Positions 56,965 to 64,000 of a stretch of 64,000 nucleotides of DNA are shown here, piece after piece. The number at the start of each line of letters is the position of its first letter. The stretch's first letter is position 1. The stretch comes from Epithemia pelagica (lineage: Eukaryota > Protista > Bacillariophyta). Under the pieces are notes generated by a model that was given only the letters and a program-made list of their open reading frames with translations, was not told where the DNA came from and did not search any database. Where the stretch lies: the NCBI GenBank assembly GCA_946965045.2, contig OX337229.1:3658001-3722000 (forward strand). The letters run 5' to 3'. The position numbers and the translations under genes were made by a program.

Positions 56965-59399
56965 CTCTTAGCGGTGTCAAGAAAGACAAGTTTCGCCGTT
57001 CGATTGATGTCCTCCTCAACCCCGTCAACAACCTACCAACTTCCTACGGTTACAACACTCAAGGACTCAAGGCAGCCACTACGACTTTGGCCAACACCAT
57101 CACTATGGTACACAACAACAACATCAACCTAGACCCAGTCAAAAGAGAATTGATGAAATGGCACATACGATTCGGCCATATCAACTTCAAGACAGTGCAA
57201 TTCCTCATGCACACGGGCAGTTTCCTCCCAGACGATGACGACGACACTGGTGGCAACCACGAAGCACCAACCACCGTTGATACTGCTGCCGCCACAACAA
57301 ATCTACACCATCAACAGCAGATTTTCCGTTCCATGGAGTCAACCGCTCCAACCCAACCTCTTCCTGGCCCTCTTCCCACCCCGGCCCCACCCTTAGAGGG
57401 AGCTCCGCCATCCCAGCCCTCTACTCCGTTGGTTGTTGCTTCTGATGTTGAGTCTTCTGTCGTGGTTCCTTCTTCTCCTCCTCCCACCACTCCATCCCCT
57501 CAACAGAGGGAGAATCCACCACCACAACAACCACCATCGCCCCCTCCTCCCTCCGTTCCCAAGTCTGAACCCATCTCGGCTCCCACTACAGCACCAACAA
57601 CCGTCTCAACAAGCCCCGTTCGACATTCCAATCGCAACCGACGTGCACCTACTCGTCTCATCCACGACATGGACAGTAGCAAGCAATCCTACGCCAATAC
57701 TCTTGCTGCCCATGCCGATGCCCATGCCGATGAACCAACACCAACCATCGCATACTACCTCTACCATGTTCTGCTCCAACAGTCCAACCTCTTCAACCTC
57801 GAGGTTTGCAAGGCCGCGGTTTCTGATCCCGACATCTTCTCCTTTGACGACATTCTGACCCATTCGGACTTGCCTCAGTGGAAAGCCGCCGCCCAAAAGG
57901 AGATTGGAGCACTTGAACTCAAGGGCACGTGGATTGAAGTACCGCTTACAGACGCTACATCCAAAGTACTCCCCGGTACATGGGTGTTCAAGTACAAACG
58001 GAGTCCGACAGGCGAAATCAAGAAGCACAAGGCGCGGTATTGTGTAAGAGGCAATCTGCAAGAGGGAGAGTTCGAGACGTTTGCTCCTGTTGTCTCTTGG
58101 AGCACCATTCGTCTTGTCCTTATCTTTGCTCTCACACAGAATTGGATTCTCATTTGTGTTGACTTTTCGAATACTTTCGTTCAAGCCACGCTAAAGGAAC
58201 CTGTATGGATCCACCTACCTCGTGGATACCGCTCGTCCAAGCCGTTCCCAACTTGTCTCAAATTAAAGAAGAGTCTCTACGGTCTGTCGGTGGCTCCCAG
58301 ACTATGGTATGAGCATCTACGAGACGCCCTTCTGGAAGACGGTTTCAAACAGAGTGATCATGACATTTGCCTATTCCTTAAAGCAAACATGATCGTGTTC
58401 CTCTATGTTGATGACTGCGGCGTCGCTGCTCCAAAGCAAAAGGACATCGATGACTTTGTCGCTCGGTTGAACAAGAAAGGGTTTGAGCTGACCCAAGATG
58501 GTGACTTTGCGGAGTACCTTGGTATCAAATTTGTGGTCGACAAAACAGCAAACACCATCACCATGACACAACCCGGCTTAATCAACAAGATTGTTCAAGC
58601 AACACAAATGGACAACTGCAACCCAAACAAAACACCAGCCTCGACGACTGCACTCGGGTCCGACCCCACTTGCCCTCCAATGAAAGAAGCTTGGTCCTAT
58701 CCTTTGGTCATTGGAATGCTCTTGTACTTGTCAACGAATACTCGGCCTGACATCGCTTTCGCCGTCAGCCAAGTTGCGCGCTTTGGATCCCAACCCAAAC
58801 AATCCCATGCCTCTGCTGTGAAGATGATCGTTCGGTACTTGTCCGGCACCGTCAACCGTGGAACAATCTTCACACCCAACAACAGCTACAAGATTGATTG
58901 TTATGTCGACGCGGACTTTGCCGGTTTGCACGGCAGAAAGGACCAAGATAACCCAACAAGTGCAAAGTCGAGGACAGGCTACACCCTCTTCTTCTGTGGT
59001 AGCCCGCTCTTGTGGAAGTCCAAACTCCAGACCGAAACGGCCCTCTCAACATTCCATGCTGAGTACGTCGCCTTGTCTGCCGCCATGCGACAATTGATCG
59101 TGGTTCAACGAGTTCTCCAGGACATGGTCGCTTGCCTTCCTTTCACCACTGACACACCCCAGATTCTTGCAGAGGTTTTCGAAGACAACAATTCGGCCTT
59201 CCTTCTCGCAAACAATCAACGCCTCACTGATCAATCTCAGTGGCTCAACTGCAAGTTACACTTCTTCTGGGAATATGTCAATGATGGTTTCGCCAAGGTT
59301 TCAAAAATCTCCACCCATGACCAACGTGCCGACTATCTCACGAAAGGTTTGGTCGCTGAAAAGTTTATAGCAAATCGGAAGCAGAACCAAGGTTGGTGA
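56935..59399 (+). pseudogene. Copia pol remainder: frameshifted, integrase core deleted, RT/RNase H intact
   Basis: The frame changes by -1 near 56935. Pre-integrase WHIRFGH is followed directly by a P/S-rich linker. RT: WVFKYKR, KARYCVRG, YVDD. RNase H: YVDADFAG, AEYVALS, EDN, ADYLTKG. Confidence 0.85.
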
Positions 59400-59408
59400 C
59401 GCCATTGT

Positions 59409-59417
59409 GAGAGGGAG
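59409..59417 (+). other. Polypurine tract
   Basis: GAGAGGGAG directly before the 3' LTR. Confidence 0.85.
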
Positions 59418-59827
59418 AGTTATGGAAATCTATGTGCACAACGGTCAACGGCCATAACGCACCACCGTATGTGTGACACATTATGTGCAACACACAATGT
59501 GTATCGCACCTCAGTCGATCACACATTATGTGTTAGCAATTTCTTTTGGATCACACATTATGTGTTAGCAATTTCTTTTGGTCGGTTAGTCTATGTGCAT
59601 CTCATGTGCTACATGGACTATACATGTGGATGCGTTCCAGTTTGAAAATCCACAAGAGTCGTCGTTCGAAATAACTTTAGTCTAATGCTCACAATCTTAG
59701 AAATTGTCCAAATTGCATTACCATCGTATTATCATCGTCCTACTGGCTTGACCTCACGAGCTTGATCACCTCAAGAGCTCAAGCTAGTCTACAGTAAGTG
59801 TTACTGCTATCTAAGTTTTCCTTCGCT
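59418..59827 (+). repeat. 3' LTR (410 bp, AG...CT)
   Basis: Direct repeat of 52663-53072, followed by the TSD CAAGC. Confidence 0.96.
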
Positions 59828-60902
59828 CAAGCTCACAATTCCCTTTTCTTTTGCCAAAGAACATCGTACTTACTACTTACGAATGTTACTGGCTTTCCAG
59901 GTGAGCTTGATCCATTGCCAAGTGCCATGTTGTCAATTACATCAGTCATGCTCACTGCCACTTGCCACTTTTGTTTGCTCTGCTTGTGGGAGACGCTACT
60001 CATCTGTTTAGTCGCTGGGCAGCTCATTACGTGCCATTGTTCATTCTTGTCGAACAGAAATGACTGGTTTTTCTCAGCCCCATAACTTTGATTGCATTAA
60101 AATACATACTCTATACTCTAGACCTTCTTTTGTTTATTTACTAGTAGTAGAACGCCAGTGCTTGTCATCCATGAGACTTTTGAGCCTTCTGAATTCGTGA
60201 ATTCGTTGCAGCTCTGTTCTTTGTTTTGAGCACGACGATGACCCTCAGTTTCGGTATGAAAACACAACAGAACAGCTCTCACAAGCTTGTACCGCTCACT
60301 TTGAGCACTTTGTGTCGACTACCTAGGTAGGATATGATAATTGGTCAGTAGGGTGTGGCAAGATGGCTTCCCATCTATTTGATGAAAAAACAACATCGTT
60401 GAGAAACGATTGAGAATGACGCTATGATGAGAGACGAGAGTGAATAATCTATCCTATAGAGCATATGACAGTAGCCAAAAAACAATCAAACAACAAACGA
60501 TTACGACAAGGAAAAGATATTCCAGTTGACATTTGGCAGCTTGTCATCTACTCGTACGAAATGAGACAAAAGTAAAGGATCATGCAAGAACAATAGGAAA
60601 GACAGCTGCAGCAGTGATGCATGAGAAAAAGGGAAAAGAGACAACAAGATAAGTAATAAGCAGCAATAGAGAGAAACGGTTCAGTCCAGCATGATCCATC
60701 CATTGTTCTCACCTCACCCCCGTCATGGTCAAGCATTTGGCTCGGTTTTGGGTTTTTGTGACAGGTGTGATGGATGCCCAAATTTGAATCGTGGTGACCC
60801 GGCGAGGACAACCACCAACCGTCAACTGTCACTTGCACGCTGGCCTTGCTTCAACCCTGAGGAATTTTAATGGTTAGACAGACAGACGAAAAACGAAAAA
60901 TT

Positions 60903-60979
60903 CTGTCTGTGTCCACTTGGGAACCTTTGAAGATGGCACAGACAAAAAGCAGCTAAGCTGTGGACACTGATACCGAGGG
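60903..60979 (-). repeat. Right terminal inverted repeat (77 bp)
   Basis: Inverted match to 52437-52513. Confidence 0.9.
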
Positions 60980-61114
60980 CTTGGAATGAAGGGGCACCAA
61001 AAACCCTCTGGGCCTGTTCGGTTATTTCAATACGGTGAATGAGCAGACAGTGCTCGTTGTTGTTTTCTTAAAGTCCCTACGGAAGAGTTGGAATCTCCCT
61101 GCCTTCTGCGGACG

Positions 61115-62608
61115 ATGCAGGCTGCACCAATGGAAATTGTCACGCAATTGGGACCATGCGATGTGCTTTTCGGGCGCGGCTCAGGTCCGAACGACCACGA
61201 AGGAAATGTCCGTTTCCGGAGGCTGGTAGCAGAACGCAAAGCAGAATACATGGCAACGAATCATCGTATGACAAAAGCTAGGATTGCGAGAGAGATTGTT
61301 GATGCTGTTATTCGCGAAAATGGGAGGTTCTTAAAGAAAATAGAAGCTGAAGATGCTCGGGTAGTAGGACTACCGGATGGTGTGGACGCATGGACAAGTG
61401 TGGACGATGATACCATAATGGAGAAGGCAAAACAAGCACTCCGCCAAAACACCAATAAGAGCAAGGGTCCGAGTGAACCATTCCAAAACTCTCCTGCTCC
61501 AGCCGTAGCTTCGGCTTCGATCCCACAGCCTTGCCACACTGCAACAGCCTTTCCTGTACCACCAGATCTGGGTTATGTTGCTGACGATCTCGAGCCTATC
61601 CCAATACCTTCCGCCGAGTATCCTGGTCACCATGATGTTATTCCATCACCCACTCCTGTCCGAGAGGCTGGGCAACCGGGGATAAATTCATGGCCAGGCA
61701 TGGGAAATGCCAATGCTGTCAAACAGTCCGTTCCACGGAGCTCGGGGGTGAATCATGAACAAACTGTACAACGGAGTAGTGTTCCAGTTGCGTTGCCCTC
61801 TTCTCAGCACAACCAAAAGATGCCGCTACCTAGCTTGTCTGAGTCATCTCAGCAAAACTCAATGCAACCACCAGCCGCTCGAGCCCGATCGTCTCTGCGA
61901 TCATCGAACAACAGTACAGCACTGCGTTTAGATAGGGGTATGGAGAAGAGCATGGAAATGAGCGATCTAATGGACTCGTTCAGTAGAACTCATCTTGGTG
62001 CCGGTGGTCAAAGAAACATGCGAAATTCTGTGGAATCCATGGGGACAATCGAGCCAATGAGTGTGGGGAGTGAAGCAAACATGAGCTATGCCACCATGAA
62101 CAGTTCCGTTTTCTCAATTTTGCGACCTGAGGGAACTGATGAACAAGGGGACTCAAAGCCTAGCAAGGATTTCCCAACACCTGACAATGAACGCAGCTTT
62201 CGTGAATTGGAACAGGAGGAGGCACCAACATATGTTCGAGTGTACCCGACCGATGCTGGGGCAGGAACTGGCTTGGAAAGCGATTTCATGAGTAGTACAA
62301 AGTTTGGCCTTGCCAGTGATGCCTCAATGTCCATTGCAGACTTAGGTGGATCTCGAAAGAGGCAGCCATCTTCAGTGGCGTTAAAAGATGTCAAGGAAGA
62401 GGGTTATAGGGAAGTTTATGATTCAATTCTTGGCGAAGTGGCGCCACCATCGATGCAGAGCGACTCAGCTTCCGGAATAGAAGCAATGGGAAGCTCATCG
62501 TTGAATCTGTTGAAGGGAATGCTCATGTCACAGGATGAGCTTCCCCCCTCGGGAAGCTCACAACAACAGGGACGAAGTGATTTACCACAAGACAGTGCGA
62601 AGAAATAG
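61115..62608 (+). CDS. DUF6824-type diatom protein with a disordered S/M-rich tail
   Basis: DVLFGRGSGPNDHEGNVRFRRLV...KARIAREIV...GRFLK...KAKQALRQ at the N-terminus. Confidence 0.8.
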   Translation: MQAAPMEIVTQLGPCDVLFGRGSGPNDHEGNVRFRRLVAERKAEYMATNHRMTKARIAREIVDAVIRENGRFLKKIEAEDARVVGLPDGVDAWTSVDDDTIMEKAKQALRQNTNKSKGPSEPFQNSPAPAVASASIPQPCHTATAFPVPPDLGYVADDLEPIPIPSAEYPGHHDVIPSPTPVREAGQPGINSWPGMGNANAVKQSVPRSSGVNHEQTVQRSSVPVALPSSQHNQKMPLPSLSESSQQNSMQPPAARARSSLRSSNNSTALRLDRGMEKSMEMSDLMDSFSRTHLGAGGQRNMRNSVESMGTIEPMSVGSEANMSYATMNSSVFSILRPEGTDEQGDSKPSKDFPTPDNERSFRELEQEEAPTYVRVYPTDAGAGTGLESDFMSSTKFGLASDASMSIADLGGSRKRQPSSVALKDVKEEGYREVYDSILGEVAPPSMQSDSASGIEAMGSSSLNLLKGMLMSQDELPPSGSSQQQGRSDLPQDSAKK

Positions 62609-62893
62609 CACAATGTAAGAGCATGTTAAGTATGTTGGATTGTTGTTTTACAGTTTCGTGCACTTGGACAGAGAACATGGCATCTTTGTGGCAAGGCTGA
62701 TTACTCAGGTTTGACGAGATTGAAACATATCCATACGCATAAGATTAGGACCACAGAAGTAGCGAATCTTCCAGTTTTCGCGGGACTAAGGTATATGTGG
62801 AAGTATTGATGCGACCAAAATGTCTATAGATTCTGGGTCATCGATCTGAAAAACGATGGAAGAAATCCCGCAAAAGACACTTTGCAGGAAGGT

Positions 62894-63918
62894 ATGAATA
62901 CGGATACTCGTAAGATGAAAAGTGTTATCGCTTCTCCGGAACACGATAGCATTAACAATGAGAGCCTCAGCTTTCATGAGACAAACGCCAGTCGGGGCTC
63001 CAAACGGGCACATGAGCTTCTGGAAGATCATTCCAATAGTGACAGCAAAGAAAACGAGGTGCTCGACAGTACAGCATTACAGAACGAGAAGGAAAACGAC
63101 CAGGACAATGCTGCGCAATTGCTTGCCATTTGGAGAAACCTTGAGAAATCGGCGGACGATGGTGAGGGTTACGATGATGCAATTTCCAATGCCCTAGAGA
63201 AGACATCGCAGCTCGTAAACGAACAAATTGCCGAAGTCATTCGGTGTGGGCTACAAAGCTTCCATTCTCTAGAGAGACTTTCTCGTGCTCATAGTGTTCT
63301 TCAAGACGAGTGTAAGGCCAAAACAACTGAAATTCAACGCTTACGATTGGCAGACGAAAAGCAACGTAAAACGATCCAGGTAAATGCAAGACTTTCAACA
63401 TCTAACCCTTAAATCTATCGACTTACGTATGTTCTCCATACTTTACTCTGATCAAGAATTTGCTTCACTCTGTGGAATCTGTAAAGACGGATACCCGCAA
63501 TGCGTCAGATCATGCAATTGTTGAGGCCCGTTTGAGAGCTGAACTCAGCTTGGCCACTGAGGAAAAGAACGAAGCACTGCAGTCATCCCGTGCATTCCAA
63601 GCAAAAAGCTCGCTCCTTTCCGAGCAACTCCAGCAAGTCAAGAACAAACTATCCCGTGCCATCCAAGAAAAGATTCAGATCGAACGGGAACAGCGAACGT
63701 CTATGTCTCTGACCAAGTCACTTGAAACTCACCAGAGATCAACGCCTTCTGCTCCTTCAAAGGAGATCGAGCAGTACAAGCTCAAAGTAATTGATCTGGA
63801 AAACCAGGTAACAACTTTGAAAAACTTGGTTGCTCAAAAGAACGCTCGACTGGAAGAGCTGGGATGCCCGTTGAAGCACACAATCGGGGATGAGAAGAGC
63901 ATCAACACCACCAAGTGA
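62894..63918 (+). CDS. Coiled-coil protein of unknown function (exons 62894-63379, 63457-63918)
   Basis: A phase-0 GT-AG intron joins two ORFs with heptad-rich E/K/L/Q composition. Confidence 0.7.
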
Positions 63919-64000
63919 CGGTGCTTGTATTTTGCTACTTCATGCCAGAATTCCGACCCATCGGTCGAAGTAGCTGAATAGGTTACTTCGTAATAATAAA

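Larger units (their letters stand above)
52663..59827 (+). mobile_element. Ty1/copia LTR retrotransposon (diatom CoDi-like), defective copy
   Basis: Two 410-bp LTRs, 5-bp TSD CAAGC (52658-52662 and 59828-59832), PBS and PPT. Domain order gag-PR-(IN)-RT-RH. Confidence 0.96.
52437..60979. mobile_element. Non-autonomous TIR (DNA-transposon/MITE-like) element of about 1.4 kb, interrupted by the copia insertion
   Basis: 52437-52513 is the reverse complement of 60903-60979 with 4 mismatches over 77 bp and begins CCCTCGGTATCAGTGTCCAC. No transposase recognised and no TSD found. Confidence 0.75.

Noticed and set aside
59833-60900. Transposase remnant inside the TIR element
   Set aside because: Short ORFs, including those rejoined across the TSD, show no DDE or other transposase motif I can recognise.
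1-64000. rRNA, tRNA, snRNA or telomeric repeats
   Set aside because: None recognised by eye. A tRNAscan-SE/Infernal run would be needed to exclude small ncRNAs.

Overview
Eukaryotic, intron-containing DNA, most consistent with a pennate diatom. Evidence: a silicanin-like protein, signal peptide + F(+1) plastid presequences, a DUF6824-type protein and a diatom-style copia element. Positions 1-43.6 kb and 61-64 kb are compact host gene space with about 18 genes: KNL1/Spc7-like, plastid IF2, silicanin-like, a 4-TM protein, SART3-like, a giant three-repeat protein with WH2-like mini-exons, amino-acid permease, BSD, PDZ-PUB, fibrillin-like, F-box/LRR, MFS, myosin-IQ-ankyrin-pseudokinase, CbbY-like, NT5DC-like, DUF6824 and a coiled-coil protein. 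Positions 44317-60979 are a 16.6-kb block of mobile DNA in three parts. (i) An apparently intact tyrosine-recombinase retrotransposon with split direct repeats (A1-ORFs-B1-A2-B2, Ngaro/PAT type). (ii) Ten bp later, a non-coding element with 77-bp terminal inverted repeats. (iii) Nested inside it, a copia LTR retrotransposon whose 410-bp LTRs end AG...CT rather than TG...CA (fixed by a CAAGC target duplication); it carries a transmembrane-like segment between Gag and protease, a frameshift and an integrase-core deletion. All domain calls are motif recognition by eye; no searches were run.
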